A stretch of DNA of 64,000 bases from a bacterium (GCA_965209155.1 OZ242383.1:1856001-1920000); one strand, 5' to 3'. Shown: positions 21,707 to 32,795, counted from the stretch's first letter. Notes: generated by a model from the sequence alone, not told the origin. Numbers and translations are program-made.

Positions 21707-23686
21707 ATGTCCCAATTTGAACTCAATGCGGACTACGCTCCCACAGGTGATCAACCTCAAGCGATCCAAACTCTCCTGTACGGCTTAAAGCAAAAGAAAA
21801 GACACCAGGTTTTGTTGGGAATTACCGGTTCTGGAAAAACTTTCACCATGGCGAACATCATTCAACGATGGAAACGTCCCACCCTGGTTATTGCCCACAA
21901 TAAAACCTTGGCTGCCCAGCTCTACAATGAATTCAAGGATTATTTCCCAAACAACGCAGTCGAATACTTTGTCAGTTTTTACGACTATTACCAACCAGAA
22001 GCATATGTCGCAACTCGTGATCTCTATATAGAAAAAGATGCGTCCATCAACGATGAATTGGAGCGACTTCGTCTTTCGGCAACGCGTTCGCTTTTAGAAA
22101 GGGAAGACGTCATAATTGTGAGCAGCGTTTCCTGTATCTATGGTCTGGGTTCTCCTGAAGAATACGGAGACATGATGCTTTTTTTCAGGACTGGCGAATT
22201 CCTTTCCAGAAGCTTTCTGCTGGAGCGCTTGATCGAGTTGCGCTACGAACGCAATGATTTTGATTTCCACCGTGGAACCTTCCGGGTCCGGGGAGACGTC
22301 ATAGATATTTACATGGCAGAATCAGATTTTGCCATCCGGGTTGAGTTGTTTGGGGATGAAGTGGAGCAATTGACGAAATTTGACCCCCTCACCGGAAAAA
22401 AACTCGATACTCTATCCCGTATTGCTGTTTATCCTAATTCCCATTATGTCACTCCGGCAGAACGATTGCCCACGACCTTAAAAATGATTCGGCAAGAATT
22501 GAATCAGCGCTTGGAAGAACTTGAACAACAGGGAAAGCTCGTTGAGCGACAACGCTTGAAACAAAGAACCGAATATGATTTGGAGATGATGGAAGAAACC
22601 GGCTTTTGCAAGGGAATCGAAAACTACAGCCGGATTATTCAACGACGGCATGCTGGCTCCGCATCTCCTACTTTGATCGATTATTTTCCTAAAGACGCCT
22701 TAATCATCATTGATGAAAGCCATGTTACTTTACCGCAATTGAGAGCCATGTATGAAGGAGATTTTACTCGCAAATCCACTTTGGTGGAATATGGATTCCG
22801 TCTCCCTTCCGCCTTGGATAACCGACCTTTCAAATTCAAAGAATTTGAAGCGACCACCCAACAACGCATATACGTTTCAGCAACTCCGGGTCCTTATGAG
22901 TTGTCTCAAAAAAATGCGACGGTGGTGGAACAGGTTATCCGGCCAACCGGACTTTTGGACCCCATTGTCGAGGTACGCCCCATGATGGGACAGGTTGACG
23001 ATATGCTCCATGAAATCCGCATTCGTCTGCAAAAAAAAGAACGCGTGCTCATCACAACATTGACCAAACGAATGGCCGAAGATTTGACCGAATATTATGA
23101 AGATCTCAATGTTCCGGTTCGCTACATGCATTCGGACATCGACGCCATCGAACGCACCCAGATTCTCTATGAATTGAGAACAGGCGCATTTTGCGTTTTG
23201 ATTGGAATCAACCTTTTGCGGGAAGGCCTCGATCTCCCTGAAGTCTCTTTAGTGGGGATATTCGATGCCGATAAAGAAGGTTTTTTGCGATCGAGTACCT
23301 CTCTCATTCAAACTATTGGCCGGGCTGCCCGCAATGTCAATGGAACCGTGATCATGTATGCCGATCACATCACCGATTCAATGAGAAATGCTATCTATTT
23401 GACTGAACAACGACGCAAAAAACAACACGCATACAACGAACAACACCTCATCATTCCTCAGACTGTTTATAAACGTATTCAAGAATCACTCGTTGCCAAC
23501 GATGACACCACCTTGATTTCCGAGGCACCGGCTTCGTTTCAAAACACCAGTCAATTGGAATCTCAAATCAGTTTATTCGAAACAGAAATGTACCAGGCGG
23601 CTGAAGCGCTGAATTTTGAAAGAGCGGCTGAATTGCGAGATCAAATTACTTTATTGAAAAATAAGTTGATTGGATTGCATTCCTGA
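21707..23686 (+). CDS. uvrB: Excinuclease ABC subunit B
   Basis: GITGSGKT, YDYYQPEAY, DESH and C-terminal UVR domain. Confidence 0.98.
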   Translation: MSQFELNADYAPTGDQPQAIQTLLYGLKQKKRHQVLLGITGSGKTFTMANIIQRWKRPTLVIAHNKTLAAQLYNEFKDYFPNNAVEYFVSFYDYYQPEAYVATRDLYIEKDASINDELERLRLSATRSLLEREDVIIVSSVSCIYGLGSPEEYGDMMLFFRTGEFLSRSFLLERLIELRYERNDFDFHRGTFRVRGDVIDIYMAESDFAIRVELFGDEVEQLTKFDPLTGKKLDTLSRIAVYPNSHYVTPAERLPTTLKMIRQELNQRLEELEQQGKLVERQRLKQRTEYDLEMMEETGFCKGIENYSRIIQRRHAGSASPTLIDYFPKDALIIIDESHVTLPQLRAMYEGDFTRKSTLVEYGFRLPSALDNRPFKFKEFEATTQQRIYVSATPGPYELSQKNATVVEQVIRPTGLLDPIVEVRPMMGQVDDMLHEIRIRLQKKERVLITTLTKRMAEDLTEYYEDLNVPVRYMHSDIDAIERTQILYELRTGAFCVLIGINLLREGLDLPEVSLVGIFDADKEGFLRSSTSLIQTIGRAARNVNGTVIMYADHITDSMRNAIYLTEQRRKKQHAYNEQHLIIPQTVYKRIQESLVANDDTTLISEAPASFQNTSQLESQISLFETEMYQAAEALNFERAAELRDQITLLKNKLIGLHS

Positions 23687-23844
23687 GACGTTGTTTGGCA
23701 AGAAATTGCTCGTTCACCAGAATTGCAGTTTCTTCAAATCAATATAATTGAGGGGTAGCGGATTTGTTTCTCCTTTGTCCCTGCGAAAGCAGGGAGCAGG
23801 AATCCTGGGTATGCAGTTCCAGCGTTGCCATCGGTAAACCATTG

Positions 23845-24000
23845 TTGGGTCTGGGTCGTCTGCAAGAATTGAAATACTTCCGCCTTGAACATACCCGGTT
23901 CCGGACTGAAAGCGCCGGCATCGCCTTCGCTATAACCACCGGAAGTCGTCAGGTTTTCAATAATGGCCGTTTCAAAGATGTTTTCGGACGTGATGCTCAT
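23845..24000 (-). pseudogene. 5' remnant of type I restriction subunit HsdR
   Basis: MSITSENIFETAII...FLQTTQTQQW resembles an HsdR N-terminus, then runs into non-coding/REP-like sequence. Confidence 0.65.
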
Positions 24001-25682
24001 TAGTCCACCCGCCAGGTTCTTACAGCCTGGTCAGCAAGCCAGGATTGATAGTGGTTGAGATTTGTCAGGTCCCAGTGATCATATTCAGCCACTTTCTTAG
24101 CCAGCCTGAAAGTAGTATTCAGATAATGCGCTTGCTTGGTGGCGAAATCAGCCTGTTGCAGGTCGTTCTGTTCCAACAACACCATGTTGCCTAGCCGGTC
24201 TGCAATATCGTTCACACCATCGCCAAAATACTGGTACCAGTCCTGTTCCGGATGATAAGGGCAAATATGCTCGAGCTTTGTATCCAGGTATCTTACCTTA
24301 CGTCCCGCGTTATTCTCGATATCTGTCAACAAAAAACGGATTTTTTTGGATGAGCGTCGACTCGGCATTTTGAAATACTCGAAGGCGTTTTTGAATACGT
24401 CATCCGCAGGGTAAAGCGCTTTGTAGTCAGGGCTGTTTTTGATATGGCTGGCGCGTTGAAATTCACCATTGGCTATTTCTATGGCGATTCTGTTGTAACG
24501 TTTTTCCTGCTCGTTTGGTGAAAAGCTACAAATCACGTTGTAACGAATGGATAGAATGTAAATATATTTCAGCGTTTTAATAAACTCGTCAGGCGTGAAT
24601 TCCCGCATAAATGCCGCAATTAATATCGTATAGGGTTGTCGTATACCAAACAACTTCAAACCTTCCAGGAAATGAACCGCATCTCGATATTTACCGTTTT
24701 CTCGCCGCCACCACTCATCATAAGGATTGGATAAAGACGCATAGATGGGAACCGCATCTGTTAATGATCTTAAATAACCATGCGCATGTTTGGCTTTGGT
24801 GTAAAGCAGCCTGACCGATTTGAACAACTCCTTCTTGCTTACCTGAGGTTTATAAGAATTGTGGTGGCAACGGACAAAATCAGTGAAATCGCTTTCACCC
24901 AGTTGGCTCAAGATGCTGGACCAGGTTTCATCGAGATCATCCAGTATTTCTTCGGAAACGTCATCATTTTGAGTGACCACCGAAAAAATATGGTTTTTCA
25001 ACAGATCGGGTGTGGAAAGCTGTACTCCTCTGGCATTTAACGTCTCAAACACTTTGTAGGCATTCAGACTGTCTTGCACCACGATTTTCGTAAAAATCAA
25101 CCTGGATGAAAACTTATTGATGAATTCGCCAATTTCTTCGCCACTGTTCCCCATGTTTTTGTCGCAGAAAAATTCAAATGCTCGACTCAAAAGGTCATTG
25201 GTTGCCGTAATTCCCCGGCTCTGGGGTGGGCGCAGGTTGGAACAGATATCTTTGTAAAAACGTCCATTATTGCGATTCAGCGTCAGTCTGCTGCTCACTC
25301 TCAATGAAACGATATCTTTCGTACCAATAAAGCGTGCCGTAATTTCCTGCAAACGTTCCTGATTTTTAGCAGCGTCTTCATCGTTATCGCTTAAACGTTG
25401 AAGATGTCGCATTGTGGACAGGATCAACAAGGAAAGTGTCACCAGACGTTGTTGACCATCTATCACTTCAAACTCCAGCTGACTTTTACGTTGCAACACG
25501 ATATAGCCCATATAATGAAACCCCTCCTGGTCCAGACCTTCGATATCCGCCCATAAAACTTCCCATTGTTCCTGTTCCCACGTGTAATCCCTTTGGAAAC
25601 GCGGTACTGTGTATTTAACCCCGTTACTCAACAACTCGGAATAGGTCTGGTTGGAAGGTTCCATTAGCATAAAATCGCTCAT
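24000..25682 (-). CDS. GmrSD-family protein (DUF262 plus DUF1524)
   Basis: VPRFQRDYTW, IDGQQR, FETLNARG, LEHICP and LGNMVLL. Confidence 0.88.
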   Translation of the reverse strand: MSDFMLMEPSNQTYSELLSNGVKYTVPRFQRDYTWEQEQWEVLWADIEGLDQEGFHYMGYIVLQRKSQLEFEVIDGQQRLVTLSLLILSTMRHLQRLSDNDEDAAKNQERLQEITARFIGTKDIVSLRVSSRLTLNRNNGRFYKDICSNLRPPQSRGITATNDLLSRAFEFFCDKNMGNSGEEIGEFINKFSSRLIFTKIVVQDSLNAYKVFETLNARGVQLSTPDLLKNHIFSVVTQNDDVSEEILDDLDETWSSILSQLGESDFTDFVRCHHNSYKPQVSKKELFKSVRLLYTKAKHAHGYLRSLTDAVPIYASLSNPYDEWWRRENGKYRDAVHFLEGLKLFGIRQPYTILIAAFMREFTPDEFIKTLKYIYILSIRYNVICSFSPNEQEKRYNRIAIEIANGEFQRASHIKNSPDYKALYPADDVFKNAFEYFKMPSRRSSKKIRFLLTDIENNAGRKVRYLDTKLEHICPYHPEQDWYQYFGDGVNDIADRLGNMVLLEQNDLQQADFATKQAHYLNTTFRLAKKVAEYDHWDLTNLNHYQSWLADQAVRTWRVD

Positions 25683-25800
25683 ACAGTTGTCTCCTGGATC
25701 GATAATTCCGGAACTTTGATCTTGCCAGTCACCACCTCGGAAATCAGCACGGTGCGATACTCTTTTTGGAGTTCGATGATGCGTGGATTTTTCGCGATTT
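25679..25800 (-). pseudogene. 3' remnant of type I specificity subunit HsdS
   Basis: IIELQKEYRTVLISEVVTGKIKV is a typical HsdS C-terminus. Confidence 0.75.
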
Positions 25801-25809
25801 TGGCATCAA

Positions 25810-26127
25810 TGTGAAAGGCTGCCAAAGCCATCCGAAAAGGTTTAGCGGGTGCTCCTTGTCCTGGCAAGAAAAGGGATGCATACTACTTCTCAAATCTTTG
25901 CCAAGGAACAAGCTCCGCCAATCGTACCCAGCGATTCCGACCATCCAGTTTCCCCTCAAAGGGCAGGATGAACTCAGAAAAGCTCAGTTGACGAATTTCA
26001 CGGGCATACATAACTTTTTAAGCGCAAAGGTATTGAAGGAAAAATTAAAAAAGCGTGCAGATCAATTAGGCAATATTTAATATAATATATTGAAATTATT
26101 ACTCAATATTTTTTTCAGGAAACCCTA
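25810..26127 (-). mobile_element. Truncated IS5-family element (end plus transposase N-terminus with in-frame stop)
   Basis: From 26011: MYAREIRQLSFSEFILPFEGKLDGRNRWVRLAELVPW...*...GAPAKPFRMAL; terminal-IR-like tagggtttcctgaa at 26114-26127. Confidence 0.75.
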
Positions 26128-26128
26128 G

Positions 26129-27172
26129 TTAACGATAATATCGCATGAGCCCTGAGACTAAAACTAGAGCGAACAAATTGACAGTCCAGGAGGCAAGGAT
26201 TGGAGGTAAGGCGCCGGCATTTCCGATTGTGAGAAAAATTTGATTCGTGATCCAGAATAAAATTCCAAATAAACAGCTCAGCACCATCCCTTCTGCCGCC
26301 TTTCCCTGTCTGGAATGGGTCAAAGAAAGAGCCAATCCCAACAGCACCATAATCACGAGCGTGAATGGATATGCCAGTTTTTGGTGAAATGCCACCCAAT
26401 GTCGGGTGGCATCCTGGCCTTCTTCCTGGAGCTGCGCACTGAGTCGATAGAGAGACCTAAGAGGAAGGTGCTGGGGGTCAAGCGGTTGTTGAAAGGAAAC
26501 GACTGGAAAATCCTGAACGGAAGCTATCCATTCCGATTGTTGGAGAATCTGTGTTTTTTCGGGAAGGAAATTGCGTTGATTGACGTTTTTCAAATGCCAG
26601 TGATTGTCATTTTTTATTCCTGATTCAACCGTTGTATGCTGAGAAACACGATAAGGTGATGTATTCCAGCGAAATATAGCGATTTTCTCAATAACGGCAT
26701 CCAATTGACGAACTCCAAAGTAGAAAATCTGGTCGTTTTTAATTTTCCATAGAGGAGGGAGGGATTGATTGGTAAGCGCTGGTGGGAATTGTTTTGCTAA
26801 CCAATTGTAAATGTAGTTCTGGTTTATATAACTGAAAAGGGCAATGAGCAAAGAAAAAACGAGGATGGGGGAGGCAAGCCGAAAAAATCCCATGCCTGCC
26901 ATTCGCATCGCCGTGATTTCGGAGGTGCGATTCAACAAATTGAATGTGGTTATCGTGGCTAGTAAAATGGTTATTGGAAAAATCAACTCCAGCAAATCGG
27001 GTAACGTGAGAAAAATCTCCTGGATAAAAATATAAAACTGCTCCATGCTGGAAAAAACATGTCCAATGCGGCTGAAAAAGTTTCCGACCAGGATTATAAA
27101 TACAAAGGCAAAAAGGAATAAAAAAAAGAACTTGGTAAATTCTTCGGTTATATATCGTACGAGTATTGTCAT
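26129..27172 (-). CDS. LPS export ABC permease, LptF/LptG family
   Basis: Three N-terminal and three C-terminal TM helices; SEITAMRMAG. Confidence 0.88.
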   Translation of the reverse strand: MTILVRYITEEFTKFFFLFLFAFVFIILVGNFFSRIGHVFSSMEQFYIFIQEIFLTLPDLLELIFPITILLATITTFNLLNRTSEITAMRMAGMGFFRLASPILVFSLLIALFSYINQNYIYNWLAKQFPPALTNQSLPPLWKIKNDQIFYFGVRQLDAVIEKIAIFRWNTSPYRVSQHTTVESGIKNDNHWHLKNVNQRNFLPEKTQILQQSEWIASVQDFPVVSFQQPLDPQHLPLRSLYRLSAQLQEEGQDATRHWVAFHQKLAYPFTLVIMVLLGLALSLTHSRQGKAAEGMVLSCLFGILFWITNQIFLTIGNAGALPPILASWTVNLFALVLVSGLMRYYR

Positions 27173-27431
27173 AATCCATGAAAGTGATACGGAAGTTAAG
27201 CATCTGGAGATTGCGAAAATACGGAGCGCATCTCTGTTTTTTCAATGAGCAACAACACCGGTTCAAACGCGCTCACATTGCAAGTTCCTCCCGTTCCGGA
27301 ATTCCACTTGCGAAGGCGCGATTCATCACTTATAACCAGAACCTGACAATATTAGCACATAGTAATTGACTTTCACTTGTTTTTTTCGGCGGCTGCTAAC
27401 ACAATGAAGGAACTTTTTCCTGGAAGACGAG

Positions 27432-27775
27432 ATGATTCAGAACCCGAAAAAAGAAAAACCGGAAATTCCAGAAGAAGGAGTAGAATTATCAGAAAATGAT
27501 CTTCTGTGGAAAAAAATGGAGTTTCTGTGGATGCATTTACCATTGATGATGTCTTTGAAACGGATCTCAAGAGTGAAACAATGCATCAAAAAGAAGATGC
27601 ATTGGCTGAGCCCCGTGATCGATCGTTGAAAGTGGATTCTCCGGTTGGCAATGCGTCTGAGCAATTGGGGCGATTGCTGGAAAACATAATTGCGTCTTCA
27701 GTGCAGAAGTCCATAGGCCGGGCAATGCCAGCATTGATTGACCAAATTGTTTCAAAAATCAAGGAAAAAACATAG
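27432..27775 (+). CDS. Hypothetical acidic protein, probably frameshifted near 27505
   Basis: Two overlapping ORFs (27432 and 27506) with protein-like acidic composition. Confidence 0.35.
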
Positions 27776-27814
27776 CCTTTTAAAGTACCAATTTGGAAAA
27801 CAGGAGAGAGGGAT

Positions 27815-28627
27815 ATGGCTTTTTCATCCGGGAAAACTATCCGACCCCCGGCAGTGGCCGATTTATTTTATCCGGGAAATCCTTCAATTCTTCGCAAACA
27901 AATAAAGGACTACTTGAATTCCTCCCTCGATTCCGAGGTAAAGATTCCTAAAGCTATTATTGCCCCACATGCGGGCTATCAATACTCCGGCGCTGTTGCC
28001 GCAACGGCCTATCGAACTCTCCTTTCAGTCAAATCCCGCATTGAGCGAGTCGTACTTTTGGGTCCGGCCCATCAAGTCCCACTATACGGATTGGCAGCTT
28101 CTTCTGCGGATTATTTTGCCACTCCTTTGGGACACGTCCCGGTGGATAGTTCACGAATCCAACAATTGTTGCTGAAGTTCGATTATCTGCAAATTCTGGA
28201 CAATGCTCATGCTTCCGAACACAGTCTGGAAGTCCATTTGCCATTTTTACAAGAAATCCTGGATGATTTTGTCTTGATCCCTCTGTTAGTGGGAGACGCC
28301 ACGGGATCGCAAATTGGAGATGTTTTGGATACGCTTTGGGGAGGAATGGAAACCTTGATGGTGATCAGTTCGGATTTGAGTCACTATCATGATTACGCCA
28401 CGGCGCAGAGCATGGACCTGGAAACCGCAGGATATATTGAACGCTTTGAAGGGGATAAACTGGATTATGAAAGCGCCTGTGGACGTAATCCGATCAAAGG
28501 TTTGTTGACAGTTGCGCAAAAACGCCAACTACGAATTCAGCGATTGAAACTTTGTAATTCGGGGGATAGCGCTGGAAGCAAGGACCAAGTCGTGGGCTAT
28601 GGTTCCTGGATCTTGACAGAAGCTTGA
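27815..28627 (+). CDS. amrB: AmmeMemoRadiSam system protein B (MEMO1 family)
   Basis: PHAGYQYSG, EHSLEVHLPF, SSDLSHY and VVGY. Confidence 0.92.
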   Translation: MAFSSGKTIRPPAVADLFYPGNPSILRKQIKDYLNSSLDSEVKIPKAIIAPHAGYQYSGAVAATAYRTLLSVKSRIERVVLLGPAHQVPLYGLAASSADYFATPLGHVPVDSSRIQQLLLKFDYLQILDNAHASEHSLEVHLPFLQEILDDFVLIPLLVGDATGSQIGDVLDTLWGGMETLMVISSDLSHYHDYATAQSMDLETAGYIERFEGDKLDYESACGRNPIKGLLTVAQKRQLRIQRLKLCNSGDSAGSKDQVVGYGSWILTEA

Positions 28628-28645
28628 AATATTTCCAATGGAGAC

Positions 28646-29263
28646 ATGTTCTCCAGAAAAGTTCGCATGGAAAAGCATTCCATCGTGCAAGACTTTTTGA
28701 CGGCCAAAGAGAAGCAGCAGCTATATTCTATAGCAGCCTTATCAATACGTCACGGCTTGGAAGAGGGAACGGTCCCGAAAACAAAAGGGGAAGATCTGCA
28801 AGGAGTACTGGGAGAAAATGGGGCTGCCTTCGTCACCTTACGCAAACAAACAAAACTGCGGGGATGCGTCGGTTCCTTGGAAGCAAATCGTCCTTTGGCC
28901 ATCGATGTACTGGAAAACGCATATGCAGCCGCATTCGAGGATGCCCGATTTCCATCGTTGCGTTTAGAAGAGTGGAATGATTTAGATATCAAAATTTCCG
29001 TATTGAGTCGAGCAGAACCGATTGAATTTCATTCGGAAAAAGATTTGATTGCGCAACTGCATCCTGGTATTGACGGTTTGATTTTGACAGAAGGCTGCCA
29101 ACGAGGAACCTTTCTTCCCAGTGTCTGGAGCGACTTATCCAATCCCGATACTTTCCTGGAACACTTAAAAAAGAAAGCAAAACTGCCTGCGGATTACTGG
29201 TCCGATACCATTCGAGTCGAACGCTACCGGACGATCGAGTTTGGTGCGGAAACAGAACATTAA
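28646..29263 (+). CDS. amrA: AmmeMemoRadiSam system protein A (AMMECR1)
   Basis: FVTL, LRGCVG, DARF and TFLPSVW. Confidence 0.92.
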   Translation: MFSRKVRMEKHSIVQDFLTAKEKQQLYSIAALSIRHGLEEGTVPKTKGEDLQGVLGENGAAFVTLRKQTKLRGCVGSLEANRPLAIDVLENAYAAAFEDARFPSLRLEEWNDLDIKISVLSRAEPIEFHSEKDLIAQLHPGIDGLILTEGCQRGTFLPSVWSDLSNPDTFLEHLKKKAKLPADYWSDTIRVERYRTIEFGAETEH

Positions 29264-29302
29264 AAAGGGCCGGGATGGCATCTCTATTTCACTTACGCAA
29301 CA

Positions 29303-30403
29303 TTGGAGTGGGGACAGACGTTGAATAAATCAGCTCGATACTGGCATCAAATGGACGATGGTCGCATACAATGTGACCTCTGCCCCCGTTTTTGCCGCTT
29401 GCATGAAGAGCAACGGGGATTGTGTTTTGTACGCAAACGAGAAGGCGATCAACTCTACTTGACCACCTATGGACGATCCAGTGGATTTTGCATAGACCCT
29501 ATTGAAAAAAAACCATTGAACCATTACCTCCCCGGTACCCCGGTTTTATCTTTTGGAACGGCAGGATGCAATCTGGCATGCAAGTTTTGTCAAAACTGGG
29601 ATATCAGCAAATCGCGCGAGTTGAATCGTCTGATGGATGAAGCTTCTCCGGAAACGATTGCCAGGGCCGCAAAACGATCAGGATGTCGCAGTGTCGCCTA
29701 CACCTACAACGACCCCGTCATATTTTTAGAATATGTCGTTGATATCGCAGAAGCATGCAGGGAAGAAGGTATCGATTCGGTGGCAGTGACGGCAGGGTAT
29801 ATTACTCCCGGGGCGAGAGAAGAATTCTATCAACAGATGGACGCGGCCAATGTGGATCTCAAAGGATTCACGGAACAATTTTATAAACGTATTTGTGGTG
29901 GACAACTCTCAGTAGTCCTGGAAACGTTGAAATATTTGAAGCACGAAACCGAAGTCTGGTTCGAAATCACGAACCTGATCATCCCCGGGCACAATGATTC
30001 CGATCATGAATTGGAGAAGATGACTCAGTGGATCGTGGAGAACCTGGGACCCGCTGTTCCTCTTCACTTTACCGCTTTTCATCCTGATTGGAAAATGAGA
30101 AATGTTCCGCACACTCCCCTGACCACCCTCCTACGCGCACGAAATATCGCAATAAAGAATGGCCTCCACTATGTTTATGTGGGTAACGTACACGACAAAT
30201 CGGCTTCGAGTACCTATTGTCACCAGTGTGGTCAGGTTCTCATCGGGCGGGATTGGTATAGGCTCAGTGACTGGAACCTCTCGGACGAGGGCCATTGCAA
30301 TAACTGCGGTAAGCGTTGTTTGGGGAAGTTCGCAGAATATCCGGGAAATTGGGGAACTCGCAGGCAAGCAGTCCATATGGCTTCTTATTCTGCTCTGAGT
30401 TGA
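29303..30403 (+). CDS. amrS: AmmeMemoRadiSam radical SAM enzyme
   Basis: CDLCPRFC, DPIEKKP and CNLACKFCQN. Confidence 0.92.
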   Translation: MEWGQTLNKSARYWHQMDDGRIQCDLCPRFCRLHEEQRGLCFVRKREGDQLYLTTYGRSSGFCIDPIEKKPLNHYLPGTPVLSFGTAGCNLACKFCQNWDISKSRELNRLMDEASPETIARAAKRSGCRSVAYTYNDPVIFLEYVVDIAEACREEGIDSVAVTAGYITPGAREEFYQQMDAANVDLKGFTEQFYKRICGGQLSVVLETLKYLKHETEVWFEITNLIIPGHNDSDHELEKMTQWIVENLGPAVPLHFTAFHPDWKMRNVPHTPLTTLLRARNIAIKNGLHYVYVGNVHDKSASSTYCHQCGQVLIGRDWYRLSDWNLSDEGHCNNCGKRCLGKFAEYPGNWGTRRQAVHMASYSALS

Positions 30404-30475
30404 ACAATTCAAAATAACGAATTTTGTACGCACAACCCTGGTACCGCCACGGGTTGTTCAGCTAATTTACTCTTT

Positions 30476-30683
30476 AATACGTGAATCAAGAGTTAAAAAC
30501 GTGTCATTCCTGGCTTGACCAGGAATCCAGGGGGATACGGGCGATATTTTGGATGGCGGATTATCCTGGTCCCGGATCATCCCGGACTTGATCCGGGACC
30601 AGGATGATCCGGGACCAGGATGACACATCATAAATATTAAATTATTGATATTATAAATTAAATTTCAACTCTTGATTCGTATT
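30476..30683. repeat. MITE-like element with terminal IRs enclosing a GTCATTCC...GGATGAC REP-like palindrome
   Basis: gaatcaagagtt (30483)/aactcttgattc (30667); internal palindromes and a duplicated gatccgggaccaggatga. Confidence 0.55.
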
Positions 30684-30735
30684 TTAATCTAGATTTATAA
30701 ACCCTGATGATTCAATAAATGTCATAGGATGCTCT

Positions 30736-31191
30736 ATGGGCGTGACACATGTAACCACTCAAATATTTGATTTAAATAAAACCAGTGAACCCTATGAAGC
30801 GGAATTTTTAGTCGATACTGGAGCGATTGACTGCCTGGCTCCTGAAGAAGAACTGGAAAAAATAGGCATCCGGAAGGAAGGAAAATCGGTTTATGAGTTA
30901 GCAAATGGTGAGGTGGTCGAATATGAACTGGGGTTTGCCCGAATTACTTTTATGGGACAGGAGACGGTGTCCCAGGTCATCTTTGGTCCAAAAGGAGTTG
31001 AACCCATTTTAGGGGTAGTGGTCCTGGAAAATTTAGGGTATGTAGTGGAAACGGTGAGCAAAGAGTTAAAAAGGTTACCTGCAAAGCCATTAAGAGGACA
31101 GTTGATTCAGGATGTTCCAAAAGGAAAGGAAAAACTTTATGATCAATACAAAAGAAAAGATGAAAGAGTTAATAGATTTGCAGCCGGATGA
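30736..31191 (+). CDS. Clan AA (retropepsin-like) aspartyl protease
   Basis: LVDTGA and EPILG; C-terminus probably extended by a rearrangement. Confidence 0.8.
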   Translation: MGVTHVTTQIFDLNKTSEPYEAEFLVDTGAIDCLAPEEELEKIGIRKEGKSVYELANGEVVEYELGFARITFMGQETVSQVIFGPKGVEPILGVVVLENLGYVVETVSKELKRLPAKPLRGQLIQDVPKGKEKLYDQYKRKDERVNRFAAG

Positions 31192-31318
31192 TTCGACCTA
31201 TGAAGAAATCCTGCGTGAGTTGAGATTTGAAAGTATGATCGAACGCGGTCTTGAAGATATACGAAAGGGACGTGTGATTTCCAATGAAGAAATGGAGCAT
31301 CGCATTCGCTCATGGTAA
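31139..31318 (+). CDS. Putative antitoxin
   Basis: QPDDSTYEEI...IERGLEDIRKGRVIS; overlaps a ParE/RelE gene. Confidence 0.7.
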   Translation: MINTKEKMKELIDLQPDDSTYEEILRELRFESMIERGLEDIRKGRVISNEEMEHRIRSW

Positions 31319-31551
31319 AAATAAGATGGACCGTTGAGGCGGAAACGTGGCTAAAAGACATTTATGCCTACATTGCTGAAGATAACCCAGAAGCAGCCAC
31401 ACGGGTTGTCAAAGGCATATACCAAAAGGCACAACTGCTTAAGCAATATCCCATGGCAGGATACAAATGTGGCTTTTACTTTCATTTTTATCTCATTTGG
31501 TTATGTGGACCAAGCCCATTTCAGAAGGATTGTCCTACTGGAGAATTATGA
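31312..31551 (+). pseudogene. ParE/RelE toxin, 3'-truncated
   Basis: WTVEAETWLKDIYAYIAEDNPEAA...YPMAG, then unrelated sequence. Confidence 0.7.
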
Positions 31552-31716
31552 GTAAAGGGGGTCAGATCTTTTTTCGCTTTATCCAAGGTTTAAATGTGGG
31601 GTAATCCCTTGATACTCTTTGCTCAGCAGAGGATCTTCCACTCCAGGGGACATCGTACCGACCCTGACTGGCGAGCAGGACTAGTTGGAGGTATCGCTTG
31701 TGAGGGGCATAGAATT

Positions 31717-32430
31717 TTAGTGGGGATCAGCATCTTTCTCTTGGAGGAGAGCCCGCAGTCGTTCGACTTCCGCAAGAGCGTTTTCTTTTTGTAGTTGCTC
31801 TTTTGCTTCTCTTGCTAAGGCGTCTTTTTCTTGTCGCACTTGTTGGAGGCTTTTCAGGAGGAAGGGTTGGTAGAGTGGATCCTCAATTAATGTTTCAAAG
31901 GCCACCTGTTTTTCTAAATCCTCCAGACGATAAGCGAAACGATCCAAAACCCGGGAATGAATCACTCCAGGCTCTTGGTGCTCCATCCTTTCATAAACCC
32001 CCTGCTGATTCAGAAAATAGAAGGCAGTGTGCTTGCGCAAACGGTCTAAAATATAATATTCCGCCACCCCTGCTTTGGCGTATTCTTCTTTTTTGTGGAC
32101 CGTATCCCGTTCTAACTCCCAGGGCTCCGCGTCGGATAAAAACTCAATACAGAGGTCACACACTCCCTGAAACGAACGATCCAACGGTTTGGCCTCGACA
32201 GGATTGGAGTGGAGAATCACGGCCAATCCGGTTTGCGAATACTCACATTATTCTTTCCCCACTCCAAACGAAAGCCCATTCCCAATGCCATGACCCGTCC
32301 AATGCGGAAGACAGTCAATTACTCTTCTAATAAGCGGAAGAACCATTGATAGAGGGAGATGCTTAAAAAATCTGGCATAGGTTTTCCTCCAAGAGGCCAT
32401 TGTTCCATTCACAGGAATATCTTCCCTTGC
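31717..32430 (-). pseudogene. Uma2/DUF820 endonuclease pseudogene
   Basis: EWNNGLLEE, IRKPD, DLCIE and KKEEYAKAGVAEYYILD, with a stop and frameshifts. Confidence 0.75.
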
Positions 32431-32569
32431 CTTTAATCAGAAACTTCGATATAGTTGGCATTAAATCAGTTGATTTTGGCAAGTATCCGATTTTGCGTTA
32501 ATTAAGTACAGTGATTCATAAAAAAGTATCCAAATTGTCATTCTACTATGAAATCATATGTCAAGATAG

Positions 32570-32740
32570 TTATGAAAAAAATTCTAACCAGTCTACTATT
32601 CGTGGTCCCAAAGGCCGACAAGTTACTTTTTCGAAGTCATTTTCATGAAAGGAGTTGGCATACTGAGCGACGATGATCGGAGTCAACAAGAATGACACCG
32701 CCATACTCCAGGAACTTCGATAATGAGGTGTTGAACTTTT
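32570..32740 (-). ncRNA. Predicted bridge/seek RNA of the IS110 element (boundaries approximate)
   Basis: Four segments matching target and donor half-sites at 32689-97, 32663-67, 32621-27 and 32593-99; target loop closed by stems. Confidence 0.75.
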
Positions 32741-32795
32741 TCAAATTTCTTGGTTGTTGCTTTCTAGTAGATGAATCTCAAGGCTCTGTTTTTGT

